Part shown: piece after piece, positions 38,444 through 48,014 of the stretch
Numbering within the stretch: the first letter of the stretch is position 1
Layout: each line of letters opens with the position of its first letter
Origin: an uncultured Actinomycetota bacterium
GTDB lineage: Bacteria; Actinomycetota; Actinomycetes; Propionibacteriales; Nocardioidaceae
Assembly: GCA_963792975.1 (NCBI GenBank)
Contig: CAWBYG010000004.1
Location: 1,914,379 to 1,978,378, forward strand
DNA length: 64,000 bases
Reading direction: 5' to 3'
Translations under genes and position numbers: made by a program
Notes under the pieces: model-generated
The model's input: only the letters and a program-made list of their open reading frames with translations
The model's database searches: none
Told to the model about the DNA's origin: nothing

Positions 38444-39399
38444 CAGAACAGCGCCGATGCGAGGTTCTGGCGCCCGCGCAGGACGCGCGGGTCGTCGTTG
38501 CCGACGGCTGCGAACAGCCCGATCAGGTGCTCGCGGGCGCGATCGCGCTCGTCGCCCGTCGTACGACGAACCAGGTCGACGAGGCGGTTGAAGGCGTCGT
38601 CGACGTTGCCCCCCAGGAGGTCGAGGTCGGCGACCAGGGTCTGCGCATCGACGTCGTCCGGGTCGGCCGCGGCCTCCGTGCGCGCTGCCTCGAGGTCGGC
38701 ACCCTGCGTGCGCTGCAGCACCTTGGCCATGGCGAGCCCCGCGGCCGCCTCGGTGTCGGCCGGGTTGGCCTCGACGAGCCGTTGGTACTCCGCGACGGCG
38801 CCGTCGATGTCGTCGTTCTCCAGCGCCTCCTCCGCCGCGGCGTAGCGCGGGTTCACCGGTGGCTCCTCACCCTCGGCCGGGGGCGGAGCCGCCGACAGGG
38901 GCTGGTGACGACCGGTGATGCCCTGCGCAGTGAGCCCCTGCGCGAGCTGGTCGAGGAGCGTGCGGATCTCGTCGGCCGACAGCGCGCCGGGGATCGGCTG
39001 GGCGGCGGGCCGGCCGTCGAGGATCACCAGGAGCAGCGGGACCTGCGGGATCTGCATGGCCTGGGCGATCGTGGGTGACGCGTCGATGTCGATCAGGCCC
39101 GCCAGGAACCGGCCGTCGTACCCGTCGACCGCGGTGGCGACGTCCTGCGCCATCGTGGCGCTCTCGGGCGAGCGCGTCGGCGAGTAGAACACCAGAACCA
39201 CCGGCGCGGTCACCGAGGCGTCGAGGACGCTCTGGAAGCTCTGCTCGGTCACGTCGAGGGCGTACGACGACCGCGCGGCCGCCGGCCCGGCACCACCCGA
39301 CGGCCCTGCGCCCGCGTCCGGCGGCGCACCCCCGGCGGGCGGCTGGCGGAGGCCCGACAGGTCGATCGCGCCGGGTCGGCTGAACGGCTGCTGCGTCAT
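38443..39399 (-). CDS. Thioredoxin-like/TPR co-chaperone (YbbN/CnoX-like, no CxxC)
   Basis: SRPGAIDLS N-terminus, Trx-like fold, C-terminal AREHLIGLF...RQNLASALF. Confidence 0.85.
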   Translation of the reverse strand: MTQQPFSRPGAIDLSGLRQPPAGGAPPDAGAGPSGGAGPAAARSSYALDVTEQSFQSVLDASVTAPVVLVFYSPTRSPESATMAQDVATAVDGYDGRFLAGLIDIDASPTIAQAMQIPQVPLLLVILDGRPAAQPIPGALSADEIRTLLDQLAQGLTAQGITGRHQPLSAAPPPAEGEEPPVNPRYAAAEEALENDDIDGAVAEYQRLVEANPADTEAAAGLAMAKVLQRTQGADLEAARTEAAADPDDVDAQTLVADLDLLGGNVDDAFNRLVDLVRRTTGDERDRAREHLIGLFAAVGNDDPRVLRGRQNLASALF

Positions 39400-39409
39400 G
39401 CGGTCAATC

Positions 39410-40639
39410 CTAGGGAAGGTCCCACGGCGGGCGGAGGAGCCCCAGCTCGACCGCCTCCTCACGCAGCTCCTCGCGGACGCTCGGGTGCGCTGCGTGGTCG
39501 ATCAGCTGCCGCGCCTGCTCGAGCTGGTCGTTGCCGTAGATCTCCGCCACCCCCTGCTCGGTCACCACCGCGCTCATCTGGAACGACGTCACCGGCTCGT
39601 CGACGAGCGGCACGATCGTCGAGCAGTCCGCCCGGGGATGCCAGGAGCGCAGGGCGATGAACGCCTGTCCCCCGATGCTGTGCATCGCCCCGACGATGAA
39701 GTCGGTCTGCCCGCCGAAGCCGGAGTAGATGCGGGCCTTGATCCGGCTGGCGTTCGCCTGGGCGAAGAGGTCGACCTGGAGCGCGGTGTTGACGCTGGTC
39801 ATCGAGGGGTTGGCGGAGATCAGGGCCGGGCTGTTGGTGATCTCCGTCCGCCTCATCTCGATCCGCTCGTTCCCGTCGACCCAGGCCAGCAGCTCCGGAG
39901 AGCCGAACAGGAACGACGCGGTGATCGGGACGTCACGGTCGAGGGCGCCTGCGCGTTCGAGTGCGAGCACGCTGTCGGAGAACATCTCGGTCCACACGCG
40001 CAGCCCGCGACGACCGACCAGCCCGTGCAGGGTGGCGTCCGGCACCGCGCCGATCCCGGCCTGGACGGTGGCTCCGTCGCCGACCCGTTCCGCCACCAGG
40101 CGGCCGATCGTCGCCGAGTCCTCGTCGACCAGGGTCTCGGGTGGGTACGGCATCGGGCCGTCCGCCTCGATCAGCACGTCGACCTGGTCGACCTCCAGTA
40201 CGGCGTCGCCGTAGGTCCACGGCATGTCGCGGTTGGTCTGGGCGATGACGATGCCGCCGTTCCGGCGGGCCGCCACGACCGCCGAGGGCAGGACGTTGAC
40301 CTCCACGCCGAGCGACACCTTCCCGTCTCGAGGCGGTGTGGTGTGGAGGACCACCGCGTCCGGCCGGAGCCGGGTCTCGAACAGGACGGGCACCAGCGAG
40401 AGCCGCGACGGCACATAGCTCAGTCGCGGGCTCTTCCGCATGCCCGGCCCCACGAACGCCGTCTCGAGCGTGACGCCCTCGCGGTCGGGCACTCCGCTGG
40501 GGGCGTTGAGGGCCCAGAGCCGGTAGGTGTCGAGCGACTCGTCGATCAGGCCGAGCGTGTGCCACGGCACGGCGTTGTTGCCACCCACCACGATCCGCGG
40601 GTTCGGCGGGAGCGAGCGCAGCGCGGCGTCGAGGTTCAC
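39410..40639 (-). CDS. Acetyl-CoA hydrolase/CoA transferase family protein
   Basis: GATVQAGIGAVPD, WTEMFSD, SGFGGQTDF, VVTEQGVA. Confidence 0.9.
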   Translation of the reverse strand: MNLDAALRSLPPNPRIVVGGNNAVPWHTLGLIDESLDTYRLWALNAPSGVPDREGVTLETAFVGPGMRKSPRLSYVPSRLSLVPVLFETRLRPDAVVLHTTPPRDGKVSLGVEVNVLPSAVVAARRNGGIVIAQTNRDMPWTYGDAVLEVDQVDVLIEADGPMPYPPETLVDEDSATIGRLVAERVGDGATVQAGIGAVPDATLHGLVGRRGLRVWTEMFSDSVLALERAGALDRDVPITASFLFGSPELLAWVDGNERIEMRRTEITNSPALISANPSMTSVNTALQVDLFAQANASRIKARIYSGFGGQTDFIVGAMHSIGGQAFIALRSWHPRADCSTIVPLVDEPVTSFQMSAVVTEQGVAEIYGNDQLEQARQLIDHAAHPSVREELREEAVELGLLRPPWDLP

Positions 40640-40651
40640 ACGAGGATTGGA

Positions 40652-42616
40652 TCAGAAGCGGGCTGGCTCGCGATACTCGCCCCACTCGGCGCGCAGCGCG
40701 TCGCAGATCTCTCCGAGCGTCGCCTCGGCCCGGCAGGCGTCCAGCATCGACTCGATCATGTTGCCGTCGGTGCGGCCGACCTCGACCATCCGCTCGACCG
40801 CGGCGCGGGCGGCGGCCTCGTCACGCGTCGTACGGCGCTGGGCCAGCGCGCGGACCTGCTCGACCTCGACCTCCTGGGAGACGCGCAGGATCTCGAGGTC
40901 GTGGGTGATCGAGTCGGTGTGCACGTTGACCCCCACGATCTTCTTGTCGCCCTTCTCCAGAGCCACCTGGTACTGGAAGGCCGCCTCCGCGATCTCGGAC
41001 ATGAACCAGCCGTCCTCGATGCCGCGCAGCAGGCCCTTGGTCACCGGGCTCTCGCCGCGCCGGGTGGCCTCGGCAAGCCCCTCGGTGTCGGCGTGGGTCA
41101 GGTCGGAGCCGCCCATCGCCAGGATGCGGTCGAAGATCGCGTTGGCCTCGGCCTCGATCTGGTCGGTGAGCGCCTCGACGTAGTAGCTGCCGCCGAGCGG
41201 GTCGGCGACGTTGACGACGCCGGTCTCCTCCATGATCACCTGCTGCGTACGCAGCGCGATCTCGGCGGCCTGCTCGCTCGGCAGAGCCAGGGTCTCGTCG
41301 AGGGCGTTGGTGTGCAGGGAGTTGGTGCCGCCGAGCACGGCGGAGAGTGCCTCGATCCCCGTACGTACGACGTTGTTGTAGGGCTGCTGCGCGGTGAGCG
41401 ACACCCCTGCGGTCTGGGTATGGAACCGCAGCCACTGCGCCTTCTCGGTCTGCGCGCCGTACACGTCGCGCAGCCAGCGCGCCCAGATGCGTCGGGCGGC
41501 GCGGAACTTCGCGATCTCCTCGAAGAAGTCGACGTGTGCGTCGAAGAAGAACGACAGGCCGGGTGCGAAGACGTCGACGTCGAGCCCCCGGCTGAGCCCC
41601 AGCTCGACGTAGCCGAACCCGTCGGCCAGCGTGAACGCGAGCTCCTGCGCGGCGGTCGAGCCGGCCTCACGGATGTGGTAGCCCGAGACCGAGAGCGGCT
41701 TGTACGCCGGGATCCGCTCTGCGCAGTACTCCATCAGGTCGCCGATGAGGCGCAGGTGCGGCTCGGGTCCGAACAGCCACTCCTTCTGGGCGATGTACTC
41801 CTTGAAGATGTCGGTCTGCAAGGTGCCGTTGAGCCGGGCGGTGTCGACGCCGGCCCGCTCGGCGGCGACGATCATCATGCAGAACACCGGCACCGCCGGC
41901 CCGCTGATCGTCATCGACGTGGTCACCGCACCGAGGTCGATCCCGTCGAAGAGCCGCTCCATGTCGGCCGCGGAGTCGATGGCCACACCGCAGTGGCCCA
42001 CCTCGCCGAGGCTCATCGAGTCGTCCGAGTCGCGACCCATCAGGGTCGGCATGTCGAAGGCCACGCTCAGCCCGCCGCCGCCCCGCCCGAGGATCATCTG
42101 GTAGCGCTCGTTGGTCTGCTCGGCGTTGCCGAAGCCGGCGAACTGCCGGATGGTCCAGGTGCGCCCTCGGTAGCCGGTCGGATAGAGCCCACGGGTGAAC
42201 GGGAACCCACCCGGCCACTCGGAGTTCTCGCTCCCGTACGCCGGCTCGACGGTCATCCCCGACAGGGTCGTGAAGTCGGCGTCGCGCACACGCGACGCCT
42301 GATAGCGGTCCTGCCAGCGCGATCGAGCGTCGGCGGTCGAGCCCTCGCCGTTGGTCGAGCCTGCGCCGTTGGTCGAGCCTGCGCCGTTGGTCGAGCCCTC
42401 GCCGTTGGTCGAGCCTGTCGAGACCATGCCGTTGGTCGAGCCTGCGCCGTTGGTCGAGCCCTCGCCGTTGGTCGAGCCTGTCGAGACCATGCCGTTGGTC
42501 GAGCCTGCGCCGTTGGTCGAGCCCTCGCCGTTGGTCGAGCCTGCGCCGTTGGTCGAGCCCTCGCTGTTGGTCGAGCCCTCGCCGTTGGTCGAGCCTGTCG
42601 AGACCATGCCGTCCAT
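40652..42616 (-). CDS. icmA: Acyl-CoA mutase large subunit, isobutyryl-CoA mutase type, with repeat-derived N-terminus
   Basis: FTRGLYPTGYRGRTWTIRQFAGFG (Phe), QTDIFKEYIAQKEW (Gln), SGYHIREAG, RFHTQT; no B12-binding domain. Confidence 0.85.
   Translation of the reverse strand: MDGMVSTGSTNGEGSTNSEGSTNGAGSTNGEGSTNGAGSTNGMVSTGSTNGEGSTNGAGSTNGMVSTGSTNGEGSTNGAGSTNGAGSTNGEGSTADARSRWQDRYQASRVRDADFTTLSGMTVEPAYGSENSEWPGGFPFTRGLYPTGYRGRTWTIRQFAGFGNAEQTNERYQMILGRGGGGLSVAFDMPTLMGRDSDDSMSLGEVGHCGVAIDSAADMERLFDGIDLGAVTTSMTISGPAVPVFCMMIVAAERAGVDTARLNGTLQTDIFKEYIAQKEWLFGPEPHLRLIGDLMEYCAERIPAYKPLSVSGYHIREAGSTAAQELAFTLADGFGYVELGLSRGLDVDVFAPGLSFFFDAHVDFFEEIAKFRAARRIWARWLRDVYGAQTEKAQWLRFHTQTAGVSLTAQQPYNNVVRTGIEALSAVLGGTNSLHTNALDETLALPSEQAAEIALRTQQVIMEETGVVNVADPLGGSYYVEALTDQIEAEANAIFDRILAMGGSDLTHADTEGLAEATRRGESPVTKGLLRGIEDGWFMSEIAEAAFQYQVALEKGDKKIVGVNVHTDSITHDLEILRVSQEVEVEQVRALAQRRTTRDEAAARAAVERMVEVGRTDGNMIESMLDACRAEATLGEICDALRAEWGEYREPARF
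42335..42605 (-). repeat. REP family A array inside icmA
   Basis: Three perfect elements (42407-42425, 42470-42488, 42587-42605) among 18- and 27-bp units; 14 GST motifs. Confidence 0.95.
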
Positions 42617-42627
42617 ACCGCAGATAC

Positions 42628-42639
42628 TAGGACGTCCTA
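42628..42639. promoter_or_regulatory. Palindromic operator overlapping the icmA -10 box
   Basis: TAGGACGTCCTA; minus-strand TAGTAT lies 7 nt before ATG 42616. Confidence 0.6.
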
Positions 42640-42649
42640 CTAAATCCGC

Positions 42650-43042
42650 CTAGCCCAGCAGGTCCGCGAGCAGCTCGGCCTTGCTCTTCCGCGAGTAGCC
42701 GGGCAGCCCGCGGCTCCGGGCCTCCGCGCGGAGCGCGGTCACCGTCCACGTCTCGTCGGGTCCGGTCGCAGGCCCGGTCGGCGCTACGGGTGCGGCGGCG
42801 GGTGGCCGCGACGCCCGGACGCGGTCCTTCCATTTCGCCGCGGAGGCGGTCGCCTGGTCCAGGCGATGTCGTACGGCGGTCAGCTCGCCCAGAGCGCCCT
42901 TGACGTCGGCCTGGTGCGCCTTGGCCCGGGACCTCCACTTCTCCGCCGACTTCTCGGCCGCGGCCAGCTGCGAGCGCAGCCTCTTGACCGCAGCCTTGAG
43001 CTCCTTCTCGACCGAGCCTCTGTCCTTCTTCTTCGTCGCCAT
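42650..43042 (-). CDS. Small basic coiled-coil protein with C-terminal Rho-N/HeH-like motif
   Basis: WTVTALRAEARSRGLPGYSRKSKAELL. Confidence 0.7.
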   Translation of the reverse strand: MATKKKDRGSVEKELKAAVKRLRSQLAAAEKSAEKWRSRAKAHQADVKGALGELTAVRHRLDQATASAAKWKDRVRASRPPAAAPVAPTGPATGPDETWTVTALRAEARSRGLPGYSRKSKAELLADLLG

Positions 43043-43205
43043 CAACCGATCGTGGCGTACGAAGGTGAACGCCGGTCGAACGAGGTCTCGCGAGTCAGGT
43101 GCGCCGACGGAAGGTGCAGTCGCCGTACGGTCACGGGGTCTGGTGACGTCCGGCGACTCGGTGCGGGCGACGCGCGACCGCCAGCGACGGTGCAGCGGCT
43201 GAGAC

Positions 43206-43233
43206 TTGACATATGTCGATATCGGAATATGTT
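43206..43233 (+). promoter_or_regulatory. ArsR promoter with overlapping inverted repeat
   Basis: TTGACA...TATGTT; ACATAT-GT-CGATATCG-GA-ATATGT dyad. Confidence 0.65.
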
Positions 43234-43236
43234 TGA

Positions 43237-43587
43237 GTGGTGGCCCGCGCAGCGACAACCTCGGACGTCTACAACGCAGTGGCCGACGTCCACCGCCGCG
43301 AGATCCTGGACGTGCTGATCGGTGGCGAGAAGGCCGTCGGGGCGATCGTGGACGATCTGTCGATGTCTCAGCCCCGGGTCTCCAAGCACCTACGGGTGCT
43401 CAGTGAGGTGGGACTCGTCAGCTGCCGGGCGGACGGCCGGCGTCGGCTGTACCGCCTGTCGCCGGAGCAGCTCCGGCCCGTGCACGACTGGGTCGCCAAG
43501 TACGAGCGGGCGATGAACGTCCGACTCGATCGGATGGACGACTACCTCCAAGAGCTACAACGACAAGGAGACGACAATGACACCTAG
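43237..43587 (+). CDS. ArsR/SmtB-family regulator
   Basis: AVADVHRREILD, SQPRVSKHLRVLSEVGLV, GRRRLY. Confidence 0.92.
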   Translation: MVARAATTSDVYNAVADVHRREILDVLIGGEKAVGAIVDDLSMSQPRVSKHLRVLSEVGLVSCRADGRRRLYRLSPEQLRPVHDWVAKYERAMNVRLDRMDDYLQELQRQGDDNDT

Positions 43588-44077
43588 TCGGCACGGGACG
43601 GCAGTGATCGAGTTCCCGAACGAGCTCGAGATCGTCCTCATACGAGAGTTCGACGCCCCGATCGCTCTCGTCTTCGACGTCCTGACGAAGCCCGAGCACG
43701 TGCGCAAGTGGGGCGCCACACCGCCCGACGAGATGCTGGAGTGCTCGATCGACCTGCGCGTCGGAGGGAGCTACCGCTCCTCCTTCCGGACCGGTAACGG
43801 AGAGGTGTTCACGATCCGCGGGACCTACCTGGAGGTCGAACCGCCGACCCGGACCGTGGAGACGTGGCTGTTCGAGCTCTGGCCGGACGCGGAGGCGATC
43901 GAGACCATGGAGCTGCACGAAGCCGACGCAGTGACGACGTTCACCTGGAGGCTCGCGTTCCGTGACAAGGCCGGCCGCGACCACATGACCGAGTTCAACG
44001 GCCAGCAAGACAGCCTCGACCAGATGGAAGAGATCCTCAGGTCTCTCCTCGACCCGGAGGGCACGGTCTCGGCGTAG
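43577..44077 (+). CDS. SRPBCC/AHSA1-domain protein
   Basis: REFDAPIALVF...PEHVRKW...DLRVGGSY. Confidence 0.88.
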   Translation: MTPSRHGTAVIEFPNELEIVLIREFDAPIALVFDVLTKPEHVRKWGATPPDEMLECSIDLRVGGSYRSSFRTGNGEVFTIRGTYLEVEPPTRTVETWLFELWPDAEAIETMELHEADAVTTFTWRLAFRDKAGRDHMTEFNGQQDSLDQMEEILRSLLDPEGTVSA

Positions 44078-44107
44078 GCCACGCCGTACCTGAGGCGACC
44101 CGCGGGG

Positions 44108-44656
44108 TCAACGCCGCCAGCGGTACAGCTGACCGTCGCGCACCTCGACCTCGGTCGGCGGCCTCGGCGTCGGGTGCTCGGCCAGGTGGTCGAGCACGCG
44201 CGCCTTGCCAAGGATCGAGACGTCGCCGTCGTCGAAGTGGAAGCGGGGGTGGAGCAATGGTCGTACGTCGTGCCACTCGCGCCGCTCGATCAGGTCCCAC
44301 GCCCGGGCCGTCGGAGCGGGCTGCTCCGGCAGCTCGTGGAGCATCTGGGGAGTGCACATCCGCCAGGCGTCGGTCACCAGCTCACGCATCTCGTCGTCGC
44401 CGAGCCGGTCGACGTGGGCGCAGACCCATTGGTATCGCAGGTCCGTCTGACCTGGCAGGAAGAACGTCTCGGGGTCGGACGCGACGAGCCCGTCGCGCTC
44501 CGTCCTTGGGAAGCCGAACCCCATCGTCGTCTCTTCGCGCGAGAACGCCACGAAGACGATCTGCTTCACCCTCAGCTTCGACCGGCCGCGCACCTCGACC
44601 TCGTAGGCGCGGGGCAGCGCCAGCCCCACCCGGCGTACGGCGTCGGCGGTGGTCAT
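44108..44656 (-). CDS. MmcQ/YjbR-family protein with C-terminal extension
   Basis: ALPRAYE...KLRVKQIVF...ELVTDAW. Confidence 0.75.
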   Translation of the reverse strand: MTTADAVRRVGLALPRAYEVEVRGRSKLRVKQIVFVAFSREETTMGFGFPRTERDGLVASDPETFFLPGQTDLRYQWVCAHVDRLGDDEMRELVTDAWRMCTPQMLHELPEQPAPTARAWDLIERREWHDVRPLLHPRFHFDDGDVSILGKARVLDHLAEHPTPRPPTEVEVRDGQLYRWRR

Positions 44657-44661
44657 CGGTG

Positions 44662-45156
44662 CTACCCGAAGTCGCCGGCCGCACGGCGTACGGGAGCCAG
44701 GAGCGATGACAGCTCCGCCAGCTGGTCGTCGCCGAGGGCACCGAGCGCGAAGTCCGCACCGACCAGGTCGGCCGTGGCCCGCTCGACCACGGCGCGGCCT
44801 GCATCGGTGATCTCGGCCAGGACGGCCCGTCCGTCGTCGGGGTGTGGACGACGGGTGATGAGCGCGTCGGCCTCGAGCCGCTGCACGATCGAGGTGATGG
44901 ACGTCGGATGCACCTGCAGCCGCTCTCCCATCTTGCCCAGCGGCAGCGACCCGCGCGACGAGAAGCAGAGCAGCACCAGGGCCTCGTAGCGGGCGAAGGT
45001 GAGGCCGTGCGGCCGCAGGATCGCGTCCAGGCGGCCGAGCACCAGCTGCTGAACCCGCATCAGGGAGGTCACGGCATGCATCGCAGGCACGCCGTCCCAT
45101 CGCCTCCCCCACTGCCGGGCGGCCTCGTCGATCGGGTCGAAGGGCAGACGCGGCAT
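44662..45156 (-). CDS. MarR-family regulator
   Basis: LPFDPI, LTFARYEAL, LQVHPTSIT...PHPDDGR...ITDAG. Confidence 0.92.
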   Translation of the reverse strand: MPRLPFDPIDEAARQWGRRWDGVPAMHAVTSLMRVQQLVLGRLDAILRPHGLTFARYEALVLLCFSSRGSLPLGKMGERLQVHPTSITSIVQRLEADALITRRPHPDDGRAVLAEITDAGRAVVERATADLVGADFALGALGDDQLAELSSLLAPVRRAAGDFG

Positions 45157-45194
45157 GGGCGGAGCCTAGCCGCGGCCGCCGACGGCGACCGCCC

Positions 45195-46157
45195 TCAGAG
45201 CTCGGCGAGCAGGGTCTCCGCCGCGGCGTGGGGATCGGTCTCCCCGGCAGCGACGGCGACGGCCAGGTCGTCGAGCTCGGAGCGTCCGTGTACGTCGCCC
45301 CAACGCCGGCGCAGGGCGGTCACGGCGATGGCCTCGATCTCGTCCCGGGCCCGGCGGGTACGCCGTCCGGCCAGCTCTCCGGACGACTCGAGCCAGGCGA
45401 AGTGCCGGCCGATCTCGGCGACGACCTCGCCCAGCCCCTCGCCCTTGGAGGCGATCGTCTTCACGATCGGCGGCCGCCACGCGTCGTCGGGCCCGTCGGC
45501 GAGGGCGAGCATCGACCGCAGCTCACGGCGTACCTGGTCGGCGCCGTCGCGGTCGGCCTTGTTGATCACGTAGACGTCGCCGATCTCGAGGATCCCGGCC
45601 TTGGCCGCCTGGATGCCGTCGCCCATGCCCGGCGCCATCAGGACGAGCGTCGTGTCGGCGAGACCGGCGATCTCCACCTCGCTCTGCCCGACCCCGACCG
45701 TCTCGACGAGGATCACGTCGCACCCGGCGGCGTCGAGCACCCGGAGGGCCTGCGGGGTGGTCCACGCCAGGCCGCCGAGATGGCCCCGCGAGGCCATCGA
45801 GCGGATGTAGACGTCACGGTCGAGCGCGTGGTCCTGCATCCGTACCCGGTCACCCAGCAGCGCCCCGCCCGAGAACGGCGAGGACGGGTCGACCGCGAGT
45901 ACGCCGACGCGCTTGCCGGCCGCTCGCAGCTCGCCCACGAGCCCCGACGTCGACGTGGACTTGCCCACGCCGGGCGACCCGGTGATGCCGACGATCTGGG
46001 CGTGGCCGGCGTGGGGCGCGAGCGCGGCCATCACCTCACGCAGCAGCGGCGACTCGTCCTCCACCAACGAGATCAGCCGCGCGACCGCGCGCGGGTCGCC
46101 CTCGCGGGCACGCCGGACGAGGTCGCCGACGTCGCCCGTCGAGCGGCGACCCGTCAC
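45195..46157 (-). CDS. meaB: Acyl-CoA mutase-associated GTPase
   Basis: [45 protein letters not shown]. Confidence 0.95.
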   Translation of the reverse strand: MTGRRSTGDVGDLVRRAREGDPRAVARLISLVEDESPLLREVMAALAPHAGHAQIVGITGSPGVGKSTSTSGLVGELRAAGKRVGVLAVDPSSPFSGGALLGDRVRMQDHALDRDVYIRSMASRGHLGGLAWTTPQALRVLDAAGCDVILVETVGVGQSEVEIAGLADTTLVLMAPGMGDGIQAAKAGILEIGDVYVINKADRDGADQVRRELRSMLALADGPDDAWRPPIVKTIASKGEGLGEVVAEIGRHFAWLESSGELAGRRTRRARDEIEAIAVTALRRRWGDVHGRSELDDLAVAVAAGETDPHAAAETLLAEL

Positions 46158-47341
46158 GCGCCTACGTGGACAATCAGTGCGTCGCCCTGGCCACCGCCAC
46201 CGCAGAGAGCCGCCGCGCCCACGCCGCCACCACGGCGCTTGAGCTCGAGCGCCAGGTGCAGGACGATGCGGGCGCCCGACATGCCGACGGGGTGGCCCAG
46301 CGCGATCGCACCACCGTTGACGTTGACCTTCGACTCGTCGAGGCCGAGCGCGCGGGTGGAGTCGATGCCGACCGCGGCGAACGCCTCGTTGAACTCCACG
46401 AGGTCGAGGTCGGTCGGTGCGATGCCCTCCTTGTCGCACGCCAGCCGGGTCGCGTTGGCCGGCTGCAGCTGGAGCGTCGAGTCGGGGCCGGCCACCATGC
46501 CGTGGGCGCCGATCTCGGCGAGCCACTCCAGGCCCAGCTCCGCGGCCTTGGCCTTGCTCATCACCACGACGGCGCACGCGCCGTCGGAGATCTGGGAGGC
46601 GGAGCCGGCGGTGATGGTGCCGTCCTTGCCGAAGGCCGGGCGCAGCGCTGACAGCGACTCGGTGGTCGTGTCGCCCCGGATCCCCTCGTCGTGGGACACC
46701 ACGACCGGGTCGCCCTTGCGCTGCGGGATCGAGACGGGCACGACCTCGTCGTCGAAGACGCCGTTCTTCCAGGCCTCGGCCGCCTTCTGGTGGGAGGCCG
46801 CCGCGAAGGCGTCCTGCTCCGCACGCGTCAGCCGCGTGTGGGAGCCGTTGTAGTCCTCGGTCAGGGTACCCATCGCCTGCTGGGTGGCCTGGTCGTAGAG
46901 CGCGTCGTAGGCCATCGAGTCGACCAGCGCCGTGTCGCCGTACTTGAAGCCCTCACGCGACTTGGGCAGCAGGTGCGGGGAGTTGGTCATCGACTCCATG
47001 CCGCCGGCGACGACGATCTCGGCCTCGCCGGCGTTGATCAGCAGGTCGGCCTGCGCGATCGCGTTGAGGCCGGAGAGGCAGACCTTGTTGATCGTGATCG
47101 ACGGCACCGATGGGGGCAGCCCGGCGGCGAGGCCGGCGCTGCGCGCGGGGTTCTGGCCGGCACCGGCCTGGATGACCTGGCCCATGACCAGGTAGTCCAC
47201 CTCGTCGCCCGAGACACCCGCCTTCTCCAGGGCACCCTTGATGGCCACGCCGCCCAGGTCGGCCGCGGACAGCGACTTCAGACCTCCGAGCAGTCGCCCG
47301 ATCGGCGTACGCGCACCGGCGACGATGACGGTTCCGGACAT
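46154..47341 (-). CDS. Acetyl-CoA C-acetyltransferase (thiolase)
   Basis: [35 protein letters not shown]. Confidence 0.95.
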   Translation of the reverse strand: MSGTVIVAGARTPIGRLLGGLKSLSAADLGGVAIKGALEKAGVSGDEVDYLVMGQVIQAGAGQNPARSAGLAAGLPPSVPSITINKVCLSGLNAIAQADLLINAGEAEIVVAGGMESMTNSPHLLPKSREGFKYGDTALVDSMAYDALYDQATQQAMGTLTEDYNGSHTRLTRAEQDAFAAASHQKAAEAWKNGVFDDEVVPVSIPQRKGDPVVVSHDEGIRGDTTTESLSALRPAFGKDGTITAGSASQISDGACAVVVMSKAKAAELGLEWLAEIGAHGMVAGPDSTLQLQPANATRLACDKEGIAPTDLDLVEFNEAFAAVGIDSTRALGLDESKVNVNGGAIALGHPVGMSGARIVLHLALELKRRGGGVGAAALCGGGGQGDALIVHVGA

Positions 47342-47486
47342 GGTGCCTCCCACCAGCAGAAGAGTGTTGCCTCGACGATACCGAGCGCCCGGCGGCAGCC
47401 GCGAGAGCGGGACGCTCCTCCGTGCTGAGGAAAACCTCACAGTGGGACGGTGGCCGCCACCGTCGCCGCCGTACGACGATGGGCCC

Positions 47487-47927
47487 ATGAGTCTGGACCT
47501 GCCCGACCACCTCTTCATCGCCATCGACCACGTCGGCATCGCCGTGGCCGACATCGACGACGCGAAGGCCTTCTACCGCGACACGTTCGGCATGGAGACC
47601 GTGCACGAGGAGACGAACGAGGACCAGGGCGTCCGCGAGGCGATGGTCGCCGTCGGCGAGTCCGGCGGCTGCCTGCAGCTGCTCGCGCCACTCGACGAGA
47701 CCTCGACGATCGCGAAGTTCCTGGAGCGGCACGGTCCGGGGCTGCAGCAGCTCGCCCTCCGCGTCACCGACCTCGAGGCGGCGTCCGCGGTCCTGCGTGA
47801 GCGCGGCGTCCGCCTGCTGTACGACGACCCGCGCCGTGGCACGAGCGGCTCGCTGGTCAACTTCGTCCACCCGAAGGACGCCGGAGGCGTGCTCGTGGAG
47901 CTCGTGGAGCCGGCGAGCGCCGGATGA
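47487..47927 (+). CDS. mce: Methylmalonyl-CoA epimerase
   Basis: [40 protein letters not shown]. Confidence 0.94.
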   Translation: MSLDLPDHLFIAIDHVGIAVADIDDAKAFYRDTFGMETVHEETNEDQGVREAMVAVGESGGCLQLLAPLDETSTIAKFLERHGPGLQQLALRVTDLEAASAVLRERGVRLLYDDPRRGTSGSLVNFVHPKDAGGVLVELVEPASAG

Positions 47928-47954
47928 CCTTACGCACAGGCCGATCCGCCCCCC

Positions 47955-47970
47955 GTTACCGACGGGTACA
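47955..47970. promoter_or_regulatory. Imperfect palindrome upstream of ccr
   Basis: GTTACC-GACG-GGTACA, overlapping a TACATT -10-like box. Confidence 0.45.
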
Positions 47971-48014
47971 TTCAGGGGCGCCCACGCCACCCCGCCCACG
48001 TACCAGGAGCTGAC

